DNA of 63,271 bases, filler included, from Octopus bimaculoides (taxonomy: Eukaryota), in assembly GCF_001194135.2 (NCBI RefSeq). It is 6 parts of 5 records of this genome, joined end to end, with 100 filler letters (N's around TTAATTAATTAA, not from the genome) between each part and the next. Parts side by side here need not be neighbours in the genome. Positions count along the whole stretch, not along the records: positions 33,210 to 41,291 come from NW_026334161.1; positions 41,392 to 52,711 come from NC_068986.1; 4 more parts are not named here. One strand, given 5' to 3'. The notes under the pieces were generated by a model, which searched no databases, was not told where the DNA came from, and worked only from the letters and a program-made list of their open reading frames with translations. This document shows positions 37,674-52,050 of the stretch, in pieces; within the stretch, counting starts at the first letter, position 1, and each line of letters begins with the position of its first letter. Position numbers and translations under genes: made by a program.

Positions 37674-39096
37674 TATATATGCATACTGCATATAAAGATA
37701 TATATATGCATATAAAGATGTTTATATAGCTGCGTATATGCGTCTGTGTGTGTACAAACATAGATAGAGAGGAACAGACCAAAAGGAGGAGGAGTGAAAT
37801 GGTGTGAGAGGGAGAGGAAGAGAGCAAACGGGGCCGAGATTAGCTATGAAGTACATATATTTACACTATATATATANNNNNNNNNNNNNNNNNNNNNNNN
37901 NNNNNNNNNNNNNNNNNNNNNNNNNNNNNNNNNNNNNNNNNNNNNNNNNNNNNNNNNNNNNNNNNNNNNNNNNNNNNNNNNNNNNNNNNNNNNNNNNNNN
38001 NNNNNNNNNNNNNNNNNNNNNNNNNNNNNNNNNNNNNNNNNNNNNNNNNNNNNNNNNNNNNNNNNNNNNNNNNNNNNNNNNNNNNNNNNNNNNNNNNNNN
38101 NNNNNNNNNNNNNNNNNNNNNNNNNNNNNNNNNNNNNNNNNNNNNNNNNNNNNNNNNNNNNNNNNNNNNNNNNNNNNNNNNNNNNNNNNNNNNNNNNNNN
38201 NNNNNNNNNNNNNNNNNNNNNNNNNNNNNNNNNNNNNNNNNNNNNNNNNNNNNNNNNNNNNNNNNNNNNNNNNNNNNNNNNNNNNNNNNNNNNNNNNNNN
38301 NNNNNNNNNNNNNNNNNNNNNNNNNNNNNNNNNNNNNNNNNNNNNNNNNNNNNNNNNNNNNNNNNNNNNNNNNNNNNNNNNNNNNNNNNNNNNNNNNNNN
38401 NNNNNNNNNNNNNNNNNNNNNNNNNNNNNNNNNNNNNNNNNNNNNNNNNNNNNNNNNNNNNNNNNNNNNNNNNNNNNNNNNNNNNNNNNNNNNNNNNNNN
38501 NNNNNNNNNNNNNNNNNNNNNNNNNNNNNNNNNNNNNNNNNNNNNNNATATATACATGTATAATTAATTCTATTTTAAACATTCACATACTATAATACAG
38601 CACATAAAATTAGCGCATTCATTACAAGAAGCAAACCACACAGGCTCTATAACAAACACCAATACACACTTCCCGTCGTTAATACCCCTAATAGTGGCAG
38701 TTTTTATTCAACTTCTATTTACACTATATTTCATACATTATGTAAGTGACTGACTGCATGTATGCTTAATAGGTTTACGTTTCATATAAATACAGCACTT
38801 GAAAGTTAACGGAAATTAGGCCTGTCTAACATTAAAATACTAGACCTTTGCTGTATTCTTCGTTAATTAGCATGCATTAAATTAGCATTTCGATAATGAA
38901 TTGGACTTTATTTGGTGTTTGTGTTTAATTATTTATGCGTGAAATGTTTTAGTCTGTTTACGAAGTGTCTGCTATGGTTAAGGATCTGTACGTACATGTG
39001 CGGTGTGCGGGTTTGTATCCGTGGGGTTGTGTGTGTGAGTGCGTGTGTGTGCGCCTATATATATATATATATAAATACACACACACAGACACACAT

Positions 39097-39137
<41 letters not shown>

Positions 39138-39452
39138 TATATATATAGATACATAGATAGATTGATGGATATGCGGGTAGACATGTGCGCATATATATTA
39201 GCATACATTTATAATACACATATGTAAATATATATATGTAGATATATATATAGATAGATAGATGTGTGTGTGTGTGTGCAAATGTGTGGAGGCACAGGAG
39301 TGGCTGTGTGGCAAGTAGCTTGCTTACCAACCACATGGCTCTCGGTTCAGTCCCACTGCGTGACACCTTGGGAAAGTGTCTTCTACTGTAGCCATAAGCC
39401 GACCAAAGCCTTGTCAGTAGATTTGGGAGATGGAAACTGAAAGAAGCCCGTC

Positions 39453-39629
39453 AAGAACCTGGATTTTCCACTCGTCAGGAACCCGGATTCCCCACTCGTC
39501 AACAACCTGGATTCCCCAGTCGTCAAGATCCCGGATTCCCCACTCGTCAAGACCCCGGATCCTCCACTCGTCAAGTCTCCGGATTCCCCACTTGTCACGA
39601 CCCCGGATTCCCCACTCGTCAAGACCCTG
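39453..39629. repeat. 24-bp GC-rich minisatellite, seven copies plus a partial
   Basis: Unit a(a/g)gacccggattccccactcgtc starts exactly at the end of a family B SINE head. Confidence 0.92.
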
Positions 39630-39959
39630 TACGACAGGGCCCAATATTGAACTCAGTTTAAAGTCATTCCCGAGACAAAAGTGCAAAGAACTGCCCCACA
39701 AACATGGTTAACCATCAATAAAAACACGTCGAATGGAGGGAAAAATGCGGTGAAGACTCAAACGTCTGTCTATCGTTAGTCGTGGAAACGTGGGTACCCC
39801 CGTGGATAATTTCCAGTCGAGTACCTCGTATAGAGGTACTTGTACTCTGTAATGACAAAATGGGGAGACACTTGTTCGAACATAGCTAACATACCATCAG
39901 CAAGAAGTAACATACCACTGACAGCTGTGATGTCATCTCCAAGACCATCAGGGCCCGCT

Positions 39960-40900
39960 ACCATGGACACTACTACTTCCGCTACCAACATAACCGCCAT
40001 TAAAAGCGCCGCTGCCACCAAAGCAAGTGCCGCCACTATCTTCACTACTACCATCAACAACGCCGCCGCCGCCTTCAGAAGTTCATCTGTTACCTGCACC
40101 AATGCCACCACCATCGGAAGCACCACTATCACCATCGCCAACAACAATAACAGCTACATCGCCATCACCCACCACGTACAACAACAACAACAACAGTGAG
40201 ACACCAGGGTAACACCGCCGCCAACACTGACAGCAACAACTTCATCACCAACACAATCTAGTACAACCACCACCACTATCACCACCACCATCACCACCTC
40301 GCCACCGCCACCACCACCACCTCTACTACCATCACTACGACCATCACCAGCACCACCACAACCACCACCACTACTACTACTACCACCACCACCACCATCA
40401 TGACTATCTTCACCACCATCGCCAACACCACCTCTACTACTACTACCACCACCACCGCCACNNNNNNNNNNNNNNNNNNNNNNNNNNNNNNNNNNNNNNN
40501 NNNNNNNNNNNNNNNNNNNNNNNNNNNNNNNNNNNNNNNNNNNNNNNNNNNNNNNNNNNNNNNNNNNNNNNNNNNNNNNNNNNNNNNNNNNNNNNNNNNN
40601 NNNNNNNNNNNNNNNNNNNNNNNNNNNNNNNNNNNNNNNNNGACTGTCTTCACCAAAACCACCGCCACCACCATCACCACCACTACAACCATCACCACCA
40701 CCACCACCACCACCATTATTAACAGCGGCAGCATTAACGCTGTGAACTCTACATCTTTCCCAGCCAACATCATTAATAACAAAAGAACGGCGAAATCATC
40801 AACGGAACCAACAGAAACAACAACAACAGCAACAACGATAAAAACAACAGCAGCAGCAGCAACAACAACAACAGCGGCACCAGCAACGGCGCCCCATGCG
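39960..40900. repeat. (ACC/ACT/ACA/GCA)n trinucleotide low-complexity region
   Basis: Direct reading; spans a gap. Confidence 0.85.
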
Positions 40901-41052
40901 GCACAGGCAAGTTTGTGTTATGACAACACAAGCAAACGGAGAACAGCCGTATTAATGGTATTTACATGACACATCACTGGGCGCCACCTGACGGGTGTAA
41001 ATCTGCCAGAACCAAGGGAGATAAATTATATATCACACACAACACGGTCTTG

Positions 41053-41086
<34 letters not shown>

Positions 41087-41391
41087 TAAACGCACAAACT
41101 TTCGCACACAAACACACACAGAGGCAAACATATACATGTTTTTGTTGATATTAGACAGAATGGTGCTGAATGCGCCTCGAATACAATATATATACAAAAA
41201 TAAAATTATATATATCTATCTATATATATATATTATAAGTGTGTGTATGTCTACATCAACATACACGCACATACACATGTTATATATATATNNNNNNNNN
41301 NNNNNNNNNNNNNNNNNNNNNNNNNNNNNNNNNNNTTAATTAATTAANNNNNNNNNNNNNNNNNNNNNNNNNNNNNNNNNNNNNNNNNNNN

Positions 41392-41434
<43 letters not shown>

Positions 41435-42625
41435 TTAAAGCAAGGTGGCAGAATCGTTAGCAAGCCGAGCAAAATGCTTTGCAGCATTTTGTCTGTCTTC
41501 AGAGTCTAAGTTCAAATTCTACCAATGTTGACTTTGCCTTTCATCCTTCCGAGGTCGGTAAAATAAGTACCAGTTGAACACTAAGGTCGATGTAATTGAC
41601 TTAACCCCACTAATATTTGTAAGTTAAATTAATTCTAGCATATTTAAGATACGGTGTATCATAAAAGTAACATCATTTACGGGATTAGCAAAACAGCAAC
41701 AACTTCGACGTATAACAGGAAGCTTTTTTGCTGTTTTTAACGAAAGAATGACTCACGTTTTTCTGCAATATTTCTACACCCATATGGCTTTTTTTTTAAT
41801 CTAGCGCTATGTCTTTCTCCGTTTCTAAGTTAAAGGTAGAAATAGGACAACCATGTAAAACAAAAATGATCTTTACACATAGACGCTCAGAATAACAACA
41901 ATCAAATAATGTAAGTGGAGTGCACATCAAACATCAGCGCTCTGACTGTCATCTGTACTCTTGACAAGAGATGTCAATTAGTCCTTTTCACCTTACCAGG
42001 TTCGTTCGTATTAGCCCGAGTTACTACTGTATAACAGCAATCAAATAATAAAGGCAGAGTACGCAACAAGTATCACCGATTACCCTGAGTTGCTAGATAA
42101 TTTTTCGTTCCTTTAAGAACATAGTAGAACGGAAAATTTTCATAGATTGGAATTTAAATCCTAATCTCTATAGAAATTTATTATTTCAAGAAACCATTGA
42201 ATTTGAATTACTTTTAATTTTTACGATTATAGATAACAACTTGGGCTGTAACTTCTGAGGCTGAATCAGGCGCGTGTGAACGATGTCGAGAAAACGTCTG
42301 CTACGAATGATATTTTTCTACTCAAGGCACCTCTAAGACGACTGCCAGACTCTGAGGGAAAATAAATGAACTGCAACCAGGCTCAATATAAGGGGCCCGA
42401 GTTATTGCCAGCAATTAGATACTTGAAGTTAGTGTTGGCAGGAATTAATCGGCTTGCAAATACCCGTTCACTTCACTAAATTTATACTCGGGTTAAGCCC
42501 GAAAAGCCTGAGTGCAGGAGTTGCCACTGATATATATATATATACAGAGAGAGAGGGGGAAGGGAGATAGCAATGTCTTCCCGTTATTATTGTACTTGCC
42601 ATAATAATGTATATTTATTTATCCC

Positions 42626-44656
42626 CAGATATCCAGCTTTCGTTCGACACAGGTAGCATTCGTGGAATGTATGAGGGTATCAAGAAAGCCATCGGCCCAA
42701 CCCAGAGTAAGATAGCTCCACTCAAGTACAGAACAGGGGAAGTTATCAAGAACAAGAAAGAGCAGCTGGTGAGATGGGTGGAACATTATTCCGAACTCTA
42801 CGCCAAAGTAAGAAAAAAACAAAACATCTCAGATAGTGTGTTAAACATCGTAGAGCACCTACCTGTTGTGAAGGAGCTGGACGCACTGCCAACTGCTGAA
42901 GAAATGAGCGGAGACATTGATGGCTTGACCACTGGAAAAGCACCGGGTTTGGATGGCCTCCAATCAGAGATCATCAGATGCGCAAGGAGAGTTTTACCTA
43001 GCCATTTGCTGAAGCTACTGTGTCAGTGCTGGGAGGAGGGATTAGTACCGAAAGACATGAGAGACTGCAACATTGTCACCCTATATAAGAACAAAAGCGA
43101 CTGCAACAACTACCGAGGCATCTCACTGTTAAGTATCGTTGGGAAAGTCTTTTCCCGTGAGGGCCTAAATAACCTGCAGAAAATCGCCGAATGATTATAC
43201 ACCGAATCTCAGTGTGGTTTCAGAGCAAAATCCTCTACCATGATCTCTCTCCAACAGCTACGGGAAAAGTGCCGAGAGCAAAGACAACCACTGTTTATCA
43301 CTTTATCACTTTCATCGACCTCACAAACGCTTTTGAACTAGTCAGTAGAGACGGCCTGTTCAAAATCCTTGACAAGATTGGCTGCCCTCCAAGTCTTCTC
43401 ATGATTGTTTAATCATTTCACACGGATATGATAGGCGTCGTTCAATTTGATGGCTCTTTTTTTCGGAGACATTCAACATATGCAGCGGCGTGAAACAGGG
43501 TTGTGTGCTTGCCCCCACCCTATTTGACATCTTTTGCAGTCTTGCTGAAACATTCATTTGGGACATCACCTGATGGTGTTGACCACTAGATCAAGTGGCA
43601 AACTGTTTAGTCTGTAGAGGCTGAAAGCAAAATACGAGGTGCGCCAGGTACTCGTCAGAGAAATGCCGTTCACAAACGATGCCGCACTCACAGCGCACTA
43701 TGAAGAGCAAATGCAGCACTTCGTGGACAAACTATCAAAGCCCTGTCAGGAATTCAGCCTGACTATCAGTCTGAAGAAGATTCAAAGTGTCAAGCACGCC
43801 CCCCACCATCACCATCAACAATTACAAGCTGGAGGTAGTCCATCAATTCACCTATCTCGGCTCTACTATCGCTGATGACCTCTCCCTGGATCCTGAGATC
43901 AACAGGCGAATCAGACAAGCATTCTCCACATTTGCCAGGCTCATAAAGTGAGTCTGGGAAAACAAAAGCAGGAAACATAAAAATTGCTGTCTATAAGGCA
44001 TATATCCTTAGTGCACTACTTTATGGCAGTGAAGCGTGGAGTTTCTACTCTAGACAGGAGCGGCGTCTCAATGTCTTTCACCTTCGTAATTTGAGACGCA
44101 TCTTGGACATCAAGTGGACCGACCACATCACCAACACCGAAGTCTTCAACCGAGCCAAGATATCCAGCATACACAACTTGCTCCAACAGCATCGTTTGTG
44201 TTGGTTCGGTCATGTTCATCGCATACCAGATGGAAGAAGCCCAAAAGACTTCCTGTATGGGGAATTGGCAACCGACACAATAGTACAAAGACGATCTCAT
44301 CTTTATTTCGAAAACATCAGTAAGAATGATATGAAGTCGCTTGATCTGGACGTCCTGAGATGGGAGGAGGTTGAAAATGATCGCCCACACTGCAGGCAAA
44401 TACTGCGAAAAGGAATGAAGATAGCTGAAGTAAAACACGAACTCGCCATAAGAAAAGCGCACTCGACGGTAGGAAAAATTAGCAGCACTGGCAGAGAGCT
44501 CTTTCAAATGCAGTCGCTGTATGCGTGTCTGCCACTCCCGTGTGGGCCTGTACAACCACAACAGACACTGCACTACCACCACCACCAGCTGACACGATTT
44601 CTTTGGGTACAGATCTATGGCCTCTCGAGACCGTCGGATGCCTACTACTACTACTA
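42626..44656 (+). mobile_element. 5'-truncated, frameshifted RTE-clade LINE (reverse transcriptase, C-terminal zinc finger, (CTA)n tail)
   Basis: GKAPGLDG, NYRGISLLSIVGKVF, FIDLTNAFELVSRDGLFKILDKIGCP, a degraded FADD (PFTNDAAL), C-terminal FKCSRCMRVCHSRVGLYNHNRHC and tail gatgcctactactact. Multiple stops and frameshifts. Confidence 0.93.
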
Positions 44657-46199
44657 TTTATTCCCAGCAATGGATTCACAATATTATTGCTTAATTGTTT
44701 TACATCAACTAGAGAGCAAGTATATTGATCTTTACATAGAAAATTTGGTACTTACACCCAATAGCTAGTTGAAATGGAACAGGCCAAATTGTCTTTCTTC
44801 CCTAAAAACACTATCAAAATAATCGATCTCTTAATCAATCAGATGCTGTTTCTATATCGTATTCAATCGATCGTTTTGCCTGTACGTTATTTTCAATGTT
44901 GCTTTTTGCATTTTTTTTTTTTATTTCATGTAACCAGAAGAGAGGTAATGCAAAAAAGCAAAAAAAAACTGCTCTGGAGGAAATAGTAAAGGTAAAGGAA
45001 ATAAATTAAATACGATGAAGCTTCAATTTCGGTTCAATTCGGTTGCTACACTTTAATGTCATACGAAATAATTTCTTGCATACGAAGCAGTAAAGGTGAA
45101 GGGAAGCAGAATAACGAAAAGTCAATATATTCATACCTTCCGTAAGAGCATCAGTGACTTGAGGAAAGCGGAAATCGAATCCAGATTGCTAACTTAGATC
45201 GTTCATAACCAACCGCCAACGCACAAATCTATGTTCTGTTTTGTTTTTCTATATATAACGCATATGTATCAATATTTTAAGCCGTCAGTAATATCTTATA
45301 TGACACAGTATTTGAAAGATTATCTTCAATCTATCTGGTAGCACAGGTGCAGCAGGTTAGATGCGCCGAACGAAATGATTGGTTTTTGTCATATTTTGAC
45401 ACACTGTTATGCAATCCATCCTCCAGTGTATGTTATGTAATTAATTATTCATGTAAATGAGTATACATGCATACATAATACATATATACACACCAAAGTT
45501 CAAAGTATACGTACATACACACACACACACACATACATATATGTACGTATGTATGTGTGTGTGTGTTTGTGTGTATGTGTTTGTGTTTTTGTGCATGTGT
45601 GTGTATGTGTGTGTGTGTTTGCGCGCGTGTGCTAGTGTGTGTGTGCGCGCGCGCGCGCGTGTAGTACGTAATGTTGAACGAACCAGGTATGTGTAATATG
45701 TGTAAAATGTAGTCGCTGGGGCGACTAGAAATAGCTGCTAAATCTTCTTCAACACATATGCCACTACCTGAAAAGAGGGCTAAAATATCTCTGATGTGCA
45801 TACGTGTACTTGCGGCAGCATTCACCCCGAGTGGATTGAGGCGTCTCCGAACAACGAGTTCATGTTCAGAGTTTCAAATGGAATACAAGTTCACATTTCG
45901 TCCGAGTAAATGAGTTTGCTCTGAATATATGCATTATATTAAACGGGGCTTCAATGGGGTGGGGTGACCGTGATGTTTTTCTGGTATTTCTATGGTTAGC
46001 CTTCTAAGGTTTCCTCCCACCAAAACTAATGAGGTAATTTTCATTGTTTAAAATATTGTTACCGTATTGTTTTTGCTGTAAATCTGTATTTTCTGTTTTG
46101 TACCAAAGTATTTCATGCCTTTTATGTAAGCCCTTATATCCAGTAATGAATCGATTATTATTATTACTATTATTGTTATTGAGTAAGAGAGAAATGCAT

Positions 46200-46700
46200 G
46201 CCATCAAGGTGACACTTGGGTAAAATATACGAAGGCATCATGGCTACCCGTCTGATAACGGTTCACTAGGTACACGCATCACAACAATATGTGCGTGACA
46301 TGGTGATCCCATATTAAGATAAACAGCCCATGACCTTGCAGGTGGATCCCAGTTAGAATTTTCTTCAAATCGAGTAGCCTAGCCCACTCAAAAGGTCCGT
46401 GAATAAGGGTCATTTAAGGATGTTGAACGAAACACCCATGTTTCCAAAGGCGAATTATCCAAACTCCAAATAATTCCTCTCAACACATGGCTATGATGCT
46501 CCCGCACTATTTGTACCCATGATCAGAGATGCACATATCGTCAGCCGCCAAGGGACATGCTCAATCGGTTACAGTTAAACAAATGACAAGTAAATCTATG
46601 GTAATGAGTAGAATATTTGCTGTAGCCCATCTTTTATACCAAGACCAAACAATGTACATGATATCATTTCAGAAGCCATGAGAACCACTGCTTGGTACTA
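46200..46700. mobile_element. Probable interspersed repeat of uncertain class
   Basis: GC-balanced block ending in a SINE/LINE-like ccactgcttggtactact; no second copy in the window. Confidence 0.3.
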
Positions 46701-47495
46701 CTCGTCTTTACGTTCTGAGTTCAAATGCCGCCGAAGTCAACTTTGCTTTTCGAGGTCGATAGAATAAGAACCAGTTAAGCTCTGTGGTCGGTGTAATCGA
46801 CTTAGCACCTTCCTCGAAACTGCTGGCCTTGTGCCAAAATTTGAAATAAGTAGTAGTAGTAGGAGGAGGAGATTGAAGAGGGGAGATGGGGGTTGTCTAC
46901 TTGTCCATTGTTACACTTATTTATCTAAAGTTGTCTGGCAGCTATTTATAGTAAATCGAGTAGATGAATTGGAACTTTCTCGTTAGCTTGGGAAGAAACA
47001 AAAAGACATATAGACAAAAACAAATCTGCTTCATCGATCAGGGGAAGTGAAACCTAACCATCGACATCACCCTGGAAGTAAATGCAGCATTATTACCCCT
47101 GTCTCGCTTGCTAAGACTAGCTAACAAAGGAATGGAACAAGTAATAAAAGCCGACATTTTTATTTTTCATATACAAAAGAAGGGGTTTGTGTACTTGAAA
47201 TGCAAAGCTTGTATAGAAATGAAATAACAACTTGTACAGCAGAAATGAACAACATAGGAATACTACAAAAGCACAACAGCATGAATAGAGACATTTAGGA
47301 ATTAACATGTCCGACTGAAATGATTTCATGTTATATTTTATAGGCAGACAACGGTACAGGGCAGTCAATGTATTATTCCGTTAAATAAATTTCATATCCT
47401 TTATTATATGTACATTTACGACATATATGTATTTGTGTATATGAATGAATGTATCCATACATAATGCTTATATATACGTATATAGATATAAATGT

Positions 47496-47561
<66 letters not shown>

Positions 47562-47649
47562 ATATATATATATATGAGGAAAATAACGTGCAGTTCAATG
47601 CTGATAAGTTTCAAGGATTCCGCTGTCAGCCCACAAATAGACTATAATC

Positions 47650-48385
47650 AGAATACATAGGACCAGTGGGGAATCTAATCCCAGAGAGAGAATCGGTGTG
47701 TGACCTGGGAATCCACATGAGTAGTGATGCAACATTCCATGTGCATATTGCCAGGATGACAACACTGTGAAAGCAGCGATTAGCTCGATTCAGAACCAGA
47801 AATAAGGATACCTTGCTACTCCTCAGTCGTCTAGATTACTGCTCCCAAATGTTACGCCACTGAGTATGAAACTGGTGGTGGAACTTCAAGCAATCCAGTG
47901 CCACTACACAAAGAAGAATGACTCAGTAAAACAGATGAGCTACTGGTAGTGACTACAAGAACTGAAGCTCTACTCTCTGGAGAGAAGATGAGAAAGATAT
48001 ACAGAGATATAAATATCAAAGATACCGGAAAGTCTAGCTCCCAACTTTGGAAGTAAAAACTATAACAACCACGGAACTGGACGGCGCTGCATAATACCAA
48101 AGATACCGTCTTCATAATGTCAGATACGAATCCAGTTTTGCAACAGCTTGGGTATCAGGGGACTAGAACAGTTTAACATCCTCCAAAAGGCACCTGAACA
48201 AATTTCTACCTGAAATCACAGTTGAGCCCACATCACGGCAGGTAGCCCAAAGAAAAGCAGCTTCGTCCATCTAGCATTTTCACAAAAAAACAGAACCGAA
48301 AAGAAATCCCCAAACACTATAAGGCGGTACTCTCGCATGACCCCAGCCTCTGGCTACTGGCTGAAGCCATTAAAAGTAAAAGAGG
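47650..48385 (+). mobile_element. Decayed CR1/L2-type LINE 3' end
   Basis: Remnants DLGIHMSSDATFHVHI, SRLDYCSQ and LQELKLYSLERR across broken frames. Confidence 0.75.
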
Positions 48386-48914
48386 AAATATATATAGTAA
48401 CATATATATACATAATACAGAATGGGACAACAACGCAAAACATCAAGACAGTTAGGTGATACAAGAAAGGGACAAAACAACCAGATAGACGATACAAAGA
48501 AAACCCGAACAGGTCATTCGGAGTTTTCTTTCTTCAGTCGAGATCCATATTATCCTTGCAATTTCAGCTGGTTATTCTCGATATTGCTCCAATCTGGCCA
48601 GTCCCATGGAAAAACTAAGGTAAGAGCATTAGATTCCTTGGAAGAAAGCAGCGAATGTATATAAAAACAAGGACGGAAAAAACGAACAATGTTGCACAAA
48701 TTCAGTAGGAATAGTAACAGGACATAACAACAGTTGTCTTTCGACTAATGACGAATAAAATTAAGCTGGTGTGTATGGAAATAAAGCCCTACAGCCGGGA
48801 TAAAAGATTTCACTGGCAGAGGGCGATGCATGTATATATGTATGTATTTTACGCACACAGACACACGTATATAATATATACGTATATATGTATACACCCA
48901 CACATGTATATAGT

Positions 48915-48990
<76 letters not shown>
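48915..48990. repeat. (TAGA)n microsatellite; similar (TCTA)n at ~53415-53505
   Basis: Direct reading. Confidence 0.95.
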
Positions 48991-48991
<1 letters not shown>

Positions 48992-49443
48992 GTTATGGGA
49001 CATAGATTTATGTAGTAGATGTACGTACATGTATATGCAATTCTGATTGTATTTCACAAACGAATATAAGCATGAGAATATTGATGAACAAATCAACGAA
49101 GAAAATTTTGAAGTATGTCCAAATGTAAATGCATTACGTGAACGAATACACAAACACACACACGCACACGCTCACACAAACACACACAAACACACACAAA
49201 CATTCGCTAACCTATACACATGCATACACACACATGCATATATAGCTATATATACATGGATAGATTCTTGTACCTTTGCTCACAGAGTAGTGTACACGTC
49301 TACGTGGTTATAAATGTTTATATATTTATGAATTCAAAGTTATTGCATATATCTAGCATATTCGTTCATAATTTCTTTTCTTACGTACTTTTCTATGAAT
49401 GTATTTCTGAATTCGTATGCATTTGTGTGTCTGNNNNNNNNNN

Positions 49444-49516
<73 letters not shown>

Positions 49517-49517
49517 C

Positions 49518-49551
<34 letters not shown>

Positions 49552-50382
49552 AATAGAGATTGAAAGTGAGAGAGGATGATAGATTGATGCATACACACAT
49601 ATTTACCATGTATATGTTTATAAGAAAATTTATGTATATGAATATGTGCGTGTGCGCCTTTGTGCATATGTGTATATATGTACGTATATGTATGTATGTA
49701 TGTATGCATGTATATATGTATATACATACATATATACTCTGGTTGTCCGTGATTAAAACCCAGAACTAATACATACAAACTTGCATGCATATAGAATATA
49801 TGTAATATATATGAATTAACTGAGCTTTTTTTCCTAATTTGCATGATCTAATGCACACACATGCACATACACACACATACACAGAGATAATGACATTCAT
49901 AATCATACACATTAATTCCAGAATATGTATATAAAGAATTAACAAAGATATAATTAATTTTGCAGTTATATGCATGATTCAACTCGTTTTCCTATATGCA
50001 GGGCAAAGTGCGTGTCTATCTATATTTTGCCATTCTCTCTAGAGTCATATATGAATAAATTACAAAAGTAGACAGCCTCCTCATCTGCTGGTAACTATTC
50101 ACCTCACGGCACTTAATTCTGCTCGCATGTTGTATATTAAATTCTTGAATATGTGAATACCGTTTACCCGTTACAGTTCCATGTTATCTGGGCTCTCCAC
50201 ACCTACGTGTTTAGTATATATATNNNNNNNNNNNNNNNNNNNNNNNNNNNNNNNNNNNNNNNNNNNNNNNNNNNNNNNNNNNNNNNNNNNNNNNNNNNNN
50301 NNNNNNNNNNNNNNNNNNNNNNNNNNNNNNNNNNNNTATATATATATATATATATATATATGTATGCATGTATGTATGTATG

Positions 50383-50419
<37 letters not shown>

Positions 50420-51699
50420 CTATAGGGGAGGGAGAGAAAGAATGAGAAACAAAGTCAGAGAGAGATTTTTACATGTATATAGACATATACATGTACATAT
50501 ATATAGTAATCTAAGTATTCAAATTACACAGAAAGATATATATTTGCATATCAACTTATATTGGAATCAATAGGTTGGTGATACAAATATTTATTACAAC
50601 AAAACTTGACTGTCTACTCTGAGTTTCGCCGTTGGCTGCTCACAGCTGTGGAACACAAAATTATTTCCAGTATTTATTAGTTGAAATGGACCCAGACATC
50701 AATTACACTTAATACTTTACCCTTTAAGACGCCAACATTTGTTCAGTGAGCACAAATAGTATCTATCCTCGGTATTTACCTTTCTCTAAAAACGAAGTTC
50801 TGCTCTCATGAGGTTGTATAGAATCACAAGTGGGTTTTTTGTTTGTTTGTGTTGTTGTTGTTGTTGTTTTGTTTTTTGATAGCTAGTCTCTATTCATGCA
50901 TACACATAGATGCATACACATACTTACTTTCGCACGCTCACAGAAGACAACGCAACACATTCTAACCCAGAATTTTAATTATACTTAAAATAAGATTTTA
51001 TTTATACCATGGGTTCTCAACTATATTTTATCTATGGAGCTCTTTCATTACTATTTTATTCTGGTGGGCTCCTATAGTCATTCGATGTTGAAAATTATAG
51101 AAACGTCTTTCAAAATTCCTATTTAGTTTGTCACACATTAACATGTGTAGGTGGAACTATGTAAAATGTTAGAGAAAGAAACCTAGTTATTTCTTGTAAT
51201 ACATACCAATACATACATCTAAAGCAAAATTTTTTCAGGGAGCCTTAAAATATCATAGTGCTTACCTAATTAACTATTTTATTACGTGGATCCCCAAAGG
51301 TGTTATATGGACCTTCAGGGGCTATATATATTTATATTATAAATTACGATTTTACAATCCTACTGATGTTCTCACACACACACAGTTCAGGAGGCATTCA
51401 CCTAATTTTATGATTACTGCGTGATTCTTTTTCTCTACCATAGTTGTAACTAGCCAAGGGCGAATCACAGATTGTTAACTTTTGATACTCTCATTTTTTT
51501 TTATATATTCCTTTGCGTGTCATCTTTGCCTTTGCCTTGTGTTGCAATATCTTAAAAAGCCTAGCACGAAGTCCTTACGTATATACATTCTGTCTAGTAT
51601 CAGAATATCGCACTCTAGAATAACAATAATGCAAGAAAGTAGTTCTTTTCGACATCCATTATATTATGCAACTTCACAGAGATAGAGTCCATTGATTTC

Positions 51700-52050
51700 A
51701 GTGACTTCAGCTCATACGCCAGTATATAAGAACGCAATGATGTGACTGAACATTTCCAGGCATCCAAACTGAGTAACTGCAACGGGCCCGGCCGTTTTAT
51801 TGCTGCGAATGATTTCTTTAATTCAACGAAGACTACATACAATGCCATTGTCTTTACCTCGCACACGTTCTTTAATCTGTCGCACCTAGAGCACCACATC
51901 TATGGTTTTTCCTCTTCTGACGAAACCATGTGGGTTTTCAGGTAAAACGCTCAAGATATTTTTTTCATTTGCTTCTCAAATCACTTGCGATAATCTTCCA
52001 GCCTGTAGCAAGCAGGTTAACGCCCTTATTCATTCCTTTAAATACTGAGG
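51700..52050 (-). mobile_element. Highly decayed RTE-like reverse-transcriptase fragment
   Basis: KGVNLLATGWKII..., HGFVRRGKTIDVVL*VRQIKE and LYVVFVELKKSF match the RT domain order RGISLL / QxGFRxGRxTID / YxxFVDLEKAF. Confidence 0.6.

Noticed and set aside
39776-40969. Mucin-like Thr/Ala-rich ORFs
   Set aside because: Explained by trinucleotide low complexity, open on both strands, interrupted by a gap, and lacking any recognisable domain.
49444-49560. (TC)n(TA)n(GA)n cruciform-forming palindrome
   Set aside because: An ordinary compound microsatellite next to a gap; no evidence of function.
51742-51945. + strand ORF ending at a good donor (ttcag|gtaaaa)
   Set aside because: The region is better explained as the antisense of a decayed reverse-transcriptase fragment, and there is an in-frame stop just upstream.
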